Positions 37,193-46,954 of a stretch of DNA of 64,000 bases are shown one piece after another (position 1 is the first letter of the stretch; every line of letters begins with the position of its first letter). The position numbers and the translations under genes are program-made. Below the pieces are notes generated by a model, which ran no database searches, was not told the origin of the DNA, and was given only the letters and a program-made list of their open reading frames with translations. The stretch comes from an uncultured archaeon (GTDB lineage: Archaea > Thermoplasmatota > Thermoplasmata > Thermoplasmatales > Thermoplasmataceae): contig CP009479.1 in the NCBI GenBank assembly GCA_000965745.1, positions 2,048,001 through 2,112,000 on the forward strand. Reading direction: 5' to 3'.

Positions 37193-38755
37193 TTGGTTTT
37201 GACCGGGCAGATAGAGAGAAAAATTATTGGCAGGATTGAGGGGACAAATCATTCCAGTTCACTTGAAGATTCAGAAAAGCTAAAAATTGCCGATGAGTTG
37301 AAAATTCCCCTTTCAGTGGTTGAGAGTGTTTCGTCCTTTTACTTCAGGGAGAGAGGGACTGGGACTATATGCACCGGGCTTCCATGCTATCTCAGGAGAA
37401 GTGGGGAAGACGGGCATGGGAACTTAGAGAGCTCTTCCTGCCTTGGGTACTGTGATCATGCTCCTGTGCTGGAGAAGGATGGAAAATATTACAACGCAGG
37501 CGATGCAGGCCTTTCCGAAATAGATGAAAGCAAGGATTCTTTTGTTATGGACAGAAGAGTGGGGATTGAACCCTACATGATGGGGGGAGGCTATACAGCC
37601 CTCGAAGAATTAATTGGATCAGACGATGATTCGTATGTCCTGAGGAGGCTGGAAGCGTCCGGGCTGAAGGGGATGGGGGGAGCAGGTTATCCCGCCCACT
37701 TGAAATGGAAGTCTTTCAGGGAAAGCCATTCCGGGTCCACCTACCTTCTTGTTAATGCACACGAGGGTGAGCCGGGCACGTTCAAGGACAGGAAGATACT
37801 GGAGCAGAATCCTCATGCTGTGGTCGAGGGTGCCTTGATCACAGCATTCCACAACGGGGCAGGCAAGATATTTGTTGCACTTAAATGGGAATATGCCAAT
37901 GCCTATAGGAGCCTGATGAAAGCGCTTGATGAACTCCAGGTTAAATTTGGTGAGGGAAGCGTAGCTGGAATGTTGCCGGAGATAGATGTTGTAAGGATTG
38001 GAGGAACTTACGTAACAGGTGAGGAAACTGCACTGATGGAGGCACTCGAGGACAGGAGGAGTGAGCCCAGACTCAGGCCGCCTTTCCCCACTGAGAAAGG
38101 CCTGTTTGGACGCCCTACTCTGGTTCACAACGTTGAAACTCTGTCGCTTATTCCCGAAATCCTGAGAAACTCAAATGCCCTGAAAAAGACATACTGCCTG
38201 ACTGGAGACGTAAATGCCCCGGGTGCCATAGTGGCTGACCTGGGGATATCTGCCAGGGAACTGGTTGAGGGGCATGGCAAATCCGATTTGCACAGAATAA
38301 GGGCATTCATGCCGGGAGGCCTTTCAGGAGGATACCTTCCCCCATCCCAGATTGGCGTAAAGCTTGACAGCGAGAGCGTAAGGAAGACCGGAGCTTCCAT
38401 GGGGACCGGTGCAGTAATAGTTCTTTCAGGGGACAGGTGCATGGTTAACATCGCCTTATCAGTATCAAGGTTCTTTGAGGCGGAGTCCTGCGGAAAATGT
38501 GCCCCATGCAGGCTTGGTACAAGTGAGATATCAGAGCTTCTCTCCAGAGTTCTTGAAGGGGATGGCAGTGAGGAAGACCTTGAGGATGGAAAGCAAATTG
38601 CCCGGAGCATGATCGACGGGTCAATCTGCGCTCTGGGCCAGGCGGCGGGAAAGATGTTTCTTGACTCGATCAGGTATTTTGAGCAGGATTACAGGGAACA
38701 CCTTGCAGGAGGCTGCCCTACGGGAGAATGTTCCATAGGCGGTGATATGGGATGA
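37193..38755 (+). CDS. NuoE/NuoF-like fused diaphorase subunit of NAD-linked formate dehydrogenase
   Basis: CTGLPC/CLGYCDHAP 2Fe-2S; GMGGAGYP, NAHEGEPGTFKDR, GEETALME, ESCGKCAPCRLG. Confidence 0.9.
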   Translation: MVLTGQIERKIIGRIEGTNHSSSLEDSEKLKIADELKIPLSVVESVSSFYFRERGTGTICTGLPCYLRRSGEDGHGNLESSSCLGYCDHAPVLEKDGKYYNAGDAGLSEIDESKDSFVMDRRVGIEPYMMGGGYTALEELIGSDDDSYVLRRLEASGLKGMGGAGYPAHLKWKSFRESHSGSTYLLVNAHEGEPGTFKDRKILEQNPHAVVEGALITAFHNGAGKIFVALKWEYANAYRSLMKALDELQVKFGEGSVAGMLPEIDVVRIGGTYVTGEETALMEALEDRRSEPRLRPPFPTEKGLFGRPTLVHNVETLSLIPEILRNSNALKKTYCLTGDVNAPGAIVADLGISARELVEGHGKSDLHRIRAFMPGGLSGGYLPPSQIGVKLDSESVRKTGASMGTGAVIVLSGDRCMVNIALSVSRFFEAESCGKCAPCRLGTSEISELLSRVLEGDGSEEDLEDGKQIARSMIDGSICALGQAAGKMFLDSIRYFEQDYREHLAGGCPTGECSIGGDMG

Positions 38756-41424
38756 ATGTGATAATCAACGGCCAGGATTACACTGCCTCAGAAGGGGAAT
38801 CGGTGCTTGATGCCGCCTCCATGCATGGGATCAGCATCCCTACGCTCTGCAATTATGCTGAACATGAAAACGGTGTCTGCAGAATGTGCATGGTAGAGAT
38901 TGAAGGCTCCCCAAAACTGGTTCCTGCCTGCTCAACTGACGTGAAGGAAAAAATCCGGGTACGCACTGACACCGAAAGGGTGGAGAACTACAGGAGGACC
39001 CTTATTGGCCTGTACATGAAGGAACATGGAAACCACCCCCCAGGGCAGGAGGAAAAATGCACACTCCATGAATATGCTTCAGCCTATGGTGTTGAACAGC
39101 ACCGCAAAGTGGAGCTTATTGCAGCGAAGGATGACAGCCATACTGCTATCAGCTACGACCCTTCGCTGTGCATAGGCTGCAGGAAATGCCTTATTGCGTG
39201 CAACCTGGACCAGAACAACGATGTCATCTCACTTGTTGGAAGGGGGCATGCCGTAAAGATAGGGTTTGACAATGATATACCAATGGGATCTTCCAGCTGC
39301 ACATCATGCGGTGCCTGCGTCGATGCCTGCCCAACTGGCGCGATTATTGAAAAAGACTGGGAGCCTGCGAACAGGACAGTGGTGACTACCTGCCCATATT
39401 GTGCGGTCGGGTGCCAGATAGAGTACGGGATAACTGATGACAGGATCGTGTGGGCAAGGGGAATAAAGGGCCTGGGCGTGAACGATGGCAAGTTATGCAT
39501 CAAAGGCAAATTCGGATATGGGTTCGAAAAGAGTGGGGACCGGCTCGTCAGGCCACTGATAAGAAGAGGCGGCGTAAGCAGGAAACCACTGGACGGGAGG
39601 AAGATTGAAGAGTTTTTCAGGGAAGCAACCTGGGACGAAGCGCTTGATCTTCTGGCTGAAAAGATCCGGAATACGGGGGATAAATATGGAAAAGACTCGA
39701 TAGCCGGCGTTGCCAGTGACAGATCGACCAATGAGGACATCTATGCGTTCCAGAAATTCATGAGGGCTGCAGTTAAGACTGACAACCTTGACCAGTCTGC
39801 AACCCTCTGCCACTCACCATCTGCAGCGATGCTGTCCTGGTCCCTTGGCGCAGGCGCTTCGACCAACCCCATACACGACGTGCTCAATTCGAGGACAATA
39901 ATGGTGGTAGGGTCAAACACCGACAGGTCACACCCCGTTATTAGCGCCTATCTTAAGAAGGCCGGGAAAGATGGTGCATTTCTGATAGTTGTTGACCCCA
40001 GGAACATTGAGCTTGCCAGGAGGGCGGACCTCTTTCTTCAGATCAGGCCAGGCACCGATGTAGTGCTCTTCTCCGCAATGGCGAGATATATTCTGGAAAA
40101 TGACCTGGTGGACAAGAACTATGTTGAGAAGTATTCAGAAGGGTTCAGCGAATACTCACAGTCAGTGGGGTCATTCAACCTGCTCGACGCCGAGGATATA
40201 ACTGGAATACCGGCAGAAAAGATAGAAATGGCTGCCCGGATATATGCCTTAAGCAAACCCTCCAGCATATTCTGGACACTCGGGATAACGGAGCATGAGA
40301 ATGGCTCCGACAACGTCTCATCACTCGTCAATCTGGCAATCCTGACTGGAAACATAGGGATACCCGGTGGCGGCCTTAATCCCATAAGAGGGCAGAACAA
40401 CGTGCAGGGAGGGGCTGATGTTGGCGGTTTTCCCGGCTCACTTCCAGGATACCAGGAACTCCTTGACCCGTTGGTGAGGAGCAAGTTCGAGAAGAAGTGG
40501 AAGACACACATACCCCTGAATGCCGGGCTGAAGAGCACAGAAATGATCCAGGAGGCACTCGCTGGAAAAATCAGGCTCATGTACCTTTCGGGAGAGAACT
40601 CCATAAGGTCCCACCCGAATTCTTCAGAGGTAGCTGAAGCTTTCCAGAAACTTGATTTCCTGGCAGTGCAGGACATATTCTTGAACGAGACTGCCGAATA
40701 TGCGGACCTCGTCCTCCCTGCAGCATCCTCCTTTGAACAGTACGGGACGTTCACCAATACAGAGAGAAGGGTTCAGCTTGTGAGGCCCCTGTTTACACCA
40801 CCCGGTGAGGCGAGGGCGGACTGGGAGATATATGCTGACCTTTCCGGCAGGCTTGGATACGATCTTGGCTTCAATGACAGCGGCGACATAATGAGGGAGA
40901 TATCCGATCTCGTTCCCTCCTGGAAGGGGATTTCCCATGAAAGGCTGGAAAAAGGGGGTCTGCAGTGGCCTGTGCCGTCCACCGAATCCCCGGGGACACT
41001 TATTCTCCACAGGAATGGCGCTTTGAGGGGCAGGTCAAGATTCAGGCCGGTGTCATGGCAGCCAAAAGAGAGCGGGGAATACCCCTATGTCCTGATAACA
41101 GGCAGGAGCAGGGAACACTATCACACTGCCACAATGACATCCCGTTCTTCCGTGCTTGCAGCTGTCTCGAAGGCGCCCGCCATAGAAATGAACAGGGGCG
41201 ACATGGCCAGGGAAGGGCTGAAGGAAGGGGATAAAATTAAGGTTGAGTCACCGAATGGGAAGCTGGCAGCTGAGGTGAGATCCAACGATAACCTCCAGCC
41301 TGGTGTCATGTTCACTACCTTCCATTATGCCGGGCTCAGGGCCAACATCCTCACTTCCTCCACACTGGACCCAATAACAAAAACGCCTGCATACAAAGAT
41401 ACCAGAGTGAGGATAACCAGGTGA
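38752..41424 (+). CDS. fdhF: Formate dehydrogenase alpha subunit (Mo/W-bisPGD, Cys ligand)
   Basis: N-terminal 2Fe-2S/4Fe-4S arrays; CPYCAVGC..LCIKG; LCHSPS; RGQNNVQG; GTFTNTERRVQ. Confidence 0.92.
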   Translation: MNVIINGQDYTASEGESVLDAASMHGISIPTLCNYAEHENGVCRMCMVEIEGSPKLVPACSTDVKEKIRVRTDTERVENYRRTLIGLYMKEHGNHPPGQEEKCTLHEYASAYGVEQHRKVELIAAKDDSHTAISYDPSLCIGCRKCLIACNLDQNNDVISLVGRGHAVKIGFDNDIPMGSSSCTSCGACVDACPTGAIIEKDWEPANRTVVTTCPYCAVGCQIEYGITDDRIVWARGIKGLGVNDGKLCIKGKFGYGFEKSGDRLVRPLIRRGGVSRKPLDGRKIEEFFREATWDEALDLLAEKIRNTGDKYGKDSIAGVASDRSTNEDIYAFQKFMRAAVKTDNLDQSATLCHSPSAAMLSWSLGAGASTNPIHDVLNSRTIMVVGSNTDRSHPVISAYLKKAGKDGAFLIVVDPRNIELARRADLFLQIRPGTDVVLFSAMARYILENDLVDKNYVEKYSEGFSEYSQSVGSFNLLDAEDITGIPAEKIEMAARIYALSKPSSIFWTLGITEHENGSDNVSSLVNLAILTGNIGIPGGGLNPIRGQNNVQGGADVGGFPGSLPGYQELLDPLVRSKFEKKWKTHIPLNAGLKSTEMIQEALAGKIRLMYLSGENSIRSHPNSSEVAEAFQKLDFLAVQDIFLNETAEYADLVLPAASSFEQYGTFTNTERRVQLVRPLFTPPGEARADWEIYADLSGRLGYDLGFNDSGDIMREISDLVPSWKGISHERLEKGGLQWPVPSTESPGTLILHRNGALRGRSRFRPVSWQPKESGEYPYVLITGRSREHYHTATMTSRSSVLAAVSKAPAIEMNRGDMAREGLKEGDKIKVESPNGKLAAEVRSNDNLQPGVMFTTFHYAGLRANILTSSTLDPITKTPAYKDTRVRITR

Positions 41425-41431
41425 CTGAAAT

Positions 41432-42367
41432 TTGGGGAAAAGTATATCCGAAATATCTTCTGTGATCAGGGTCTCCGGGTTAAGGAAATCATTCGGGAAA
41501 ATCCGGGCCGTGGACGGGATAAATTTTGAGGTTGAACGTGGAACAGTGTTCGCACTGCTTGGCCCCAATGGTGCAGGTAAAACAACAGCAATATCGATGT
41601 TGGAAGGCCTTCTGCAGAGGGATTCCGGCAACATAGAGATACTTGGAATGGATCCATGGGCAGAGCACGGGACGGTCAGGATGAGGATAGGCGTCATGCC
41701 CCAGGGCTTCAATTTCTTCGAGAAACTTACGCCGTTGGATTCCCTGGTGTTTTACCGTGACCTTTTCGAATCTAGTGTTGATCCGGAATCCCTCCTGAGG
41801 CTGGTAATTCTTGATGATTCTAGGAACGTACCCTTTGAGAAGCTCTCAGGCGGCCAGAAACAGAAGCTCGGGCTTGCGCTTTCACTCGTAAATGATCCGG
41901 AGATCCTGTTTCTTGATGAGCCCACCACCGGGCTGGACCCTTCAGCCAGGAGGGCGATATGGTCCATTATTCGCATGTTCAGGGACAGGGGAAAGACCAT
42001 AATCCTGACAACCCACTACATGGAGGAGGCGGAACAGCTTGCTGACAACATTGCCATAATCTCACACGGGAGAATAATTGCGGAAGGATCCCCGGAAGGA
42101 ATTGTCTCCCGTTATGGATCGGGGAGAAAGGTTGTAATAAAGGCAGGAAAAGAGATGGGAGACTTCCTCTCCTCCGAAAGGATAGAAGCATCAGTCAACG
42201 GAAAATACTTCGAGATCCGGTTGGACCCGGAAACGAACCTTTCGAGCCTGATTGGGCTCATTGAAGACTCTGGAATAAGCTACTCCCAGTTAACTGTCAG
42301 GGCGGACAGCCTTGAGGATGTTTTCATACGGCTTGTAGGCGAGATGTCTGAGGGCGAGTTGAAATGA
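41432..42367 (+). CDS. ABC transporter ATP-binding protein (DrrA-like)
   Basis: GPNGAGKTT, LSGGQ, LFLDEPTTGLD, TTHYMEEAE. Confidence 0.96.
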   Translation: MGKSISEISSVIRVSGLRKSFGKIRAVDGINFEVERGTVFALLGPNGAGKTTAISMLEGLLQRDSGNIEILGMDPWAEHGTVRMRIGVMPQGFNFFEKLTPLDSLVFYRDLFESSVDPESLLRLVILDDSRNVPFEKLSGGQKQKLGLALSLVNDPEILFLDEPTTGLDPSARRAIWSIIRMFRDRGKTIILTTHYMEEAEQLADNIAIISHGRIIAEGSPEGIVSRYGSGRKVVIKAGKEMGDFLSSERIEASVNGKYFEIRLDPETNLSSLIGLIEDSGISYSQLTVRADSLEDVFIRLVGEMSEGELK

Positions 42368-43086
42368 TGAGGAGGACGATGGCTTATTTTCGCGTTCAGG
42401 TCAAGACATACATGGCCGAGAGGAGTGCCATTTTTGTGTCGCTGATTTTCCCTGTGATGATGGTATTCATATTCGGGTCGATAATGCCATCTGAATACCT
42501 CACCGGAGTGATTCCCGGGCTAATCGGCTTTTCAATACTTACAGATTCCCTATTCGCGGTTACTGCGGTGGCATCAAAATACAGGCTGATGCACATATTC
42601 AACCAGTTGTCGCTGACTCCGCTCAGGAGGTCTGAGTGGCTCTTTTCCGTATTCCTGTGGCATGTGATCATAGGCGCGGCATCCTTTGCGATCATAGTCG
42701 GTATCGGCTACTTTGCATTTTCAGCCAACATAACACTGCATCTCCTTATCATACCCTTCATAGCTTTCGGCGCGTTACTCTTCGTCTCCATGGGGCTCCT
42801 TATCGGGACAGTTGCGAAGTCATCGGAGAGTGCGGGCATTATTGGGAATGCAGTTGGATTCCCCATGATGGTCCTGACAGGAACGTTCTTTCCGGTTTCA
42901 TTCCTCCCCTGGTACCTTCAGCAGGCTGTCAAGGTGCTTCCCCTGTATTACTTTGTGCAGGGAATGGGAGATGTCATGGTGACGGGGGACTTCAACGAGG
43001 GGCTCCTCTATTTAGGGGTGTTGATTGCACTTGCAGCCGGGTTCTTCCTTGCTGGGACCTACCTTTTCAGGTGGAGGGAAAAATAA
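42364..43086 (+). CDS. ABC-2 type permease
   Basis: 6 TM helices; LTPLR, GTFFPV..LP. Confidence 0.92.
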   Translation: MMRRTMAYFRVQVKTYMAERSAIFVSLIFPVMMVFIFGSIMPSEYLTGVIPGLIGFSILTDSLFAVTAVASKYRLMHIFNQLSLTPLRRSEWLFSVFLWHVIIGAASFAIIVGIGYFAFSANITLHLLIIPFIAFGALLFVSMGLLIGTVAKSSESAGIIGNAVGFPMMVLTGTFFPVSFLPWYLQQAVKVLPLYYFVQGMGDVMVTGDFNEGLLYLGVLIALAAGFFLAGTYLFRWREK

Positions 43087-43245
43087 GGTGGATTTGATGA
43101 CAACCCGGAAATAACGGGCTATCCAAATAACATTAAGTACTGACAAACACTCTTCATCTGGCTGATAATCCCTGTGCCGCCCTTCAAGCTTGCCCGGCAC
43201 CCTGCAGATAAACGGGTGCAAACCGTTCACTGTTATGCAATTTGA

Positions 43246-43881
43246 GTGGTGATAGCGCTAATGGCAGAACACGAAAGTGATAACGTTTCGAATGAGAAAT
43301 TCGGTCCTTTATTTTCCAGAGTATACTCTTTTTTTGCCTCCAGATCGAGAAAAATGGTAAGGAATTACCGGGCGATAGCCCGGGATATCGACGCTCTGGC
43401 GCCCAAAAAGATACTGGATGTTGGTTGTGGCCCCGGTATGCTCATAAAAATTCTGGGAGACACAATCCCCGATGCCACCATCTATGGGGCTGACCCGTCT
43501 CCAAGTATGGTGAAAATTGCGCAAAAAAGGCTGAAAGAGAGGATCAGGAGTGGGTCAGTAAAAATAATAACCGGGGACAGCAAGAGCATAGAGCTCGATG
43601 AGAAGTTTGACGCAATTGTGACCTCGATGTCGTTCCACCACTGGCCGGACAAAGCCGGAAGCCTTGATTACCTCTCAGGGTTGCTCATGGAAAATGGCTC
43701 AATCATTATTTTTGAATCCCACAGGGAAGAGTCGCCTTCCGATTCAGGAAAAACGCACCATTCCCTTTCAGAAAGTGAGGCTCATAAAATATCCCTGGAA
43801 GGTTATGAAAGAAGCGTGAAGATTGAGGGCGAGATAATTTCAGTAAGGCTGAGAAGGATGCCGTCAACTACCCCACCCTGA
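43246..43881 (+). CDS. Class I SAM-dependent methyltransferase (C-terminus extended by the IS insertion)
   Basis: ILDVGCGPG, DPSPSM, FDAIVTSMSFHHW. Confidence 0.9.
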   Translation: MVIALMAEHESDNVSNEKFGPLFSRVYSFFASRSRKMVRNYRAIARDIDALAPKKILDVGCGPGMLIKILGDTIPDATIYGADPSPSMVKIAQKRLKERIRSGSVKIITGDSKSIELDEKFDAIVTSMSFHHWPDKAGSLDYLSGLLMENGSIIIFESHREESPSDSGKTHHSLSESEAHKISLEGYERSVKIEGEIISVRLRRMPSTTPP

Positions 43882-45077
43882 CGGATGGGGCTTGCAGCTG
43901 GGGGATCAACGGCTGATCGAAAATAGCACCCGCTACAATAGGCTGGCTGGCGGCAGCCCTGTTCCTGATGTTGAGGGATGCGACGAAATCAGCCTCACCC
44001 TCAAAACCACAAGAAATACATTTGAATATGGAACGCTCCGGCCTGTTCCTTTTATCAACGGTGTGGCAATCAGGACACTCCCTGCTTGTGTTTTTCGCAT
44101 TCACACCTATGACTGGGACGCCGGATTCAAGAGCCTTGTATTCAATGAAGGTACGAAGCTGGCAGAAAGACCAGCTATTGTGCCTGTACCTCCTGTTCTT
44201 CCCAACGGTTGTCCTCTTCCTTATGCCCTTGAGTTCTTCAAGGGCTATTGCGGAAGAGGTGCCTTTTGCTCTTTCCGCGATCTCCCCGGAAATGACATGG
44301 TTGACATCTCTTGCAAAACGTCTCTCCTTCCCGGAAAGTTTCTTGAGATGTCTCTTTGCAGACCTGGTGCCACAAGCCTGCAACCTTGATCGCAGACTGG
44401 AATGTTTCGTTCCTGCCTCTGCAATCCTGTCTCCTGAGTAGTAATGTCCTGACGAGTCAACAGCTATGTTCTCGATGCCGAGATCGACACCGATAACATC
44501 TGACGCGCTAATTGCTTCCTCTTCTGGAACCTCCACCACAACCATGAGGTAGAATATCCTGTTCCTTCTTACGAGATCACACTGCCCTCTGATCCTGTCA
44601 AGAGGAAGTTCTCTGTATTTCCCTATTGTCATGGGTATCCTCACCCTTCCCCTGACAGTGTTGAGGCTCACTGTGTCGAGGCCCTTGAAACTCATCACCC
44701 TCTGGTCATACACGATGCTTCCGAATTCCCGGAACTCGTGCATAACAGTTTTGTCGTTCTTGTAGGTTTCAACGACCTTTGCTATTACCCTTATGGCAAG
44801 CTGGGCTGCGAGCCCGAAGTTCTCCCTTATGTCCCTGTAGACAAGCTTCTGGAGGAGTACCTTGTTGTACAGCTTTCTCTCGAATGCAAGCCTGGATACA
44901 AAGTTGCAGGCTTCATTGAATTTCACGAAGGTGTCAATGAGTGCCTCCTGCTGTTGCTTATCCGGCAGAAGCTTTACCATAAGAGTCTTGTACACAGTAT
45001 TCACATATTAACTCAATATTTAAGTTTGTCGCAATTCCTCCCCGCCCTATCGGACGGGGCTTCCTTGCGACTTCTTG
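43863..45077 (-). mobile_element. tnpB-only IS200/IS605 element (IS1341-like), 1215 bp
   Basis: Related subterminal hairpins at 43871-43890 and 45040-45059; right end ...GGGGTAGTTGAC; left end preceded by TTCAC; no TSD; excision restores the host stop codon. Confidence 0.88.
43868..45004 (-). CDS. tnpB: RNA-guided endonuclease TnpB
   Basis: RuvC GVDLG (D), IALEEL (E), ADFVASLNI (D); zinc finger CPDC/CISC; alternative start GTG 44995 fits TATA spacing better. Confidence 0.95.
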   Translation of the reverse strand: MNTVYKTLMVKLLPDKQQQEALIDTFVKFNEACNFVSRLAFERKLYNKVLLQKLVYRDIRENFGLAAQLAIRVIAKVVETYKNDKTVMHEFREFGSIVYDQRVMSFKGLDTVSLNTVRGRVRIPMTIGKYRELPLDRIRGQCDLVRRNRIFYLMVVVEVPEEEAISASDVIGVDLGIENIAVDSSGHYYSGDRIAEAGTKHSSLRSRLQACGTRSAKRHLKKLSGKERRFARDVNHVISGEIAERAKGTSSAIALEELKGIRKRTTVGKNRRYRHNSWSFCQLRTFIEYKALESGVPVIGVNAKNTSRECPDCHTVDKRNRPERSIFKCISCGFEGEADFVASLNIRNRAAASQPIVAGAIFDQPLIPQLQAPSVRVG

Positions 45078-45112
45078 GTGAAGGTTCCCTGATCCTCTGT
45101 CAGCGCGAGGCA

Positions 45113-46876
45113 TCACTGAAGGCAGTGCATCACGAACGCACATACATCGGATATTTCATTGATTGTTTCATCAGCGGCTATGCCTATGTGGCCCCCCTCC
45201 TTGTTCACCCTCAGATACGCCCTTGCACCCTTATCCCTGAGGGCCATGTGGAATTTGATTGCGTGTGCGGGATGCACCCTGTCGTCCTTTAACCTGCTGT
45301 ATATCAGAGTATCGGGGTACTCAACGTCCCTTATGTTATGGTATGGGGAATATTTCAGCAGGTAATCCCTGTCCCCGGGAGAGTCGGGGTCCCCGAATTC
45401 AGACACCCAGTATTTTCCAACCGACATCCTGTGGAACCTCATCATGTCGAGGACAGGATTTCCGATAACTGCTCCGTCGAGGATTTCAGGAGCCTGGGTA
45501 AGAGTGGTTCCTACCAGCAGGCCGCCATTGCTGACCCCGAAAGCAACAACCTTCATCCCGCCACCGCGGAGAGTCCGGATAACGGCCTGGAAATCATTGA
45601 AAACATTCTGCTTGTTGTGAAGCATTCCAGCCCTGTGCCATTCTTCACCATACTCATTTCCGCCTCTGAGGTTCGAGACAGCAATAGTAATGCCTTTGCT
45701 CATCAGGTATGCGAACATGGGGTAGAACATTGGGGAAACGGGAATGTTGAAACCACCATACCCGTATGCAAGTGCCCCATTGCTCCTGGCTGATCCTGAA
45801 TTAACGAGGAAATAGTGTATTCTTGTCCCGTCAGAATCTGCGTACCCGTCCCTGACATCTGCATCCATGATGCGGCTTTCATCGATTTTCTGCATTCTCC
45901 TTCCATGGAACTTGAATAGGGAAAAAGGAATGCCGAATGACTCCAGGGCAAGAACTGCGGCCTCACCATCAGAGTCATAAGATTTCAGGCCCATCGGAGT
46001 ATCCATTGGAAATTCCACAATCACATTGCCCTCCATGTCGTAAAGAACCGGCCTGGCCCTGGCATTATCCATGTGTATTACGAGGATTCCGTCGGACACC
46101 AACAGGGCTGAATTTATCGGGCTGACACCTTCGATGACTGCCTCTCCGTCCCTTGTTACAACCCCATTACCCCGGCTTTCGAGGTAATATGACCTGCCAT
46201 CCCTGAATCCCAAAGGGGTGATTTCGTAATTCTCCCCCTTCACCCTTTTCCAGCTTGAGGGATCCTCAAGTGAACCTGCATAGATATCCGATCTGGTCCA
46301 GTCCCCAACAACCGCATAGATCATTTTTCCGCTTCTGTAAAGTGTTATGAAGTCCTCTGGGCCCATCCCTTTGCCGAAAACCACGTCCCCGTCCTTCAGT
46401 ACCCTGTGTGAATTAGGTGGTCCCCCGTCCGGTGTCTTTTCGTCCACAAACGTTTTGACCAGATAATAGGAATCTTCCGTGAAGGTTATTCCACTGATTG
46501 TGCCTTCCAGTTTTTCACTTACTTCACCATCTTTAAACATGGTAAGCAACCCGCTGTCCGAGCCCCCGGTCTCAAAAACACCGATGCGCTTTCCTTCGGG
46601 GTCAGATTCGATCCAGAATACAACATTTGGTGTAGTGTGGATTAGGTTGCCCTCGAGTGAAACATGATACAGGCCATTTTCAGTGTAAGACTGCAGGATG
46701 CCTCTCGTGGTTATCCTGGCTGAAAGCAGCCTCTTCTTTCTGTAAATCTCATCAACCTCAGCCCTGGCCTTGACGCTCAGCTCACCGAAGGCATCCTGAA
46801 AAGTTTTTCCTGCGGCATCAATGTAGTCAATTACTCCCGAATCGAGTGATTCAACCTGGATAAGCGGATCTTCCAT
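45113..46876 (-). CDS. Prolyl oligopeptidase (S9A)
   Basis: YGYGGF, NLRGGNEYGEEWH, GVSNGG, DDRVHPAH, GGH. Confidence 0.95.
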   Translation of the reverse strand: MEDPLIQVESLDSGVIDYIDAAGKTFQDAFGELSVKARAEVDEIYRKKRLLSARITTRGILQSYTENGLYHVSLEGNLIHTTPNVVFWIESDPEGKRIGVFETGGSDSGLLTMFKDGEVSEKLEGTISGITFTEDSYYLVKTFVDEKTPDGGPPNSHRVLKDGDVVFGKGMGPEDFITLYRSGKMIYAVVGDWTRSDIYAGSLEDPSSWKRVKGENYEITPLGFRDGRSYYLESRGNGVVTRDGEAVIEGVSPINSALLVSDGILVIHMDNARARPVLYDMEGNVIVEFPMDTPMGLKSYDSDGEAAVLALESFGIPFSLFKFHGRRMQKIDESRIMDADVRDGYADSDGTRIHYFLVNSGSARSNGALAYGYGGFNIPVSPMFYPMFAYLMSKGITIAVSNLRGGNEYGEEWHRAGMLHNKQNVFNDFQAVIRTLRGGGMKVVAFGVSNGGLLVGTTLTQAPEILDGAVIGNPVLDMMRFHRMSVGKYWVSEFGDPDSPGDRDYLLKYSPYHNIRDVEYPDTLIYSRLKDDRVHPAHAIKFHMALRDKGARAYLRVNKEGGHIGIAADETINEISDVCAFVMHCLQ

Positions 46877-46954
46877 TGAAATCAGATCAATAAGGATGAA
46901 TTCTATATTTAATTTACAGGCCCCGGACCCGGGTTTTGAATTGTGCAGGAGCTT

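Noticed and set aside
38752-41424. Selenocysteine recoding in FDH
   Set aside because: The active-site residue is a TGC Cys in an uninterrupted ORF.
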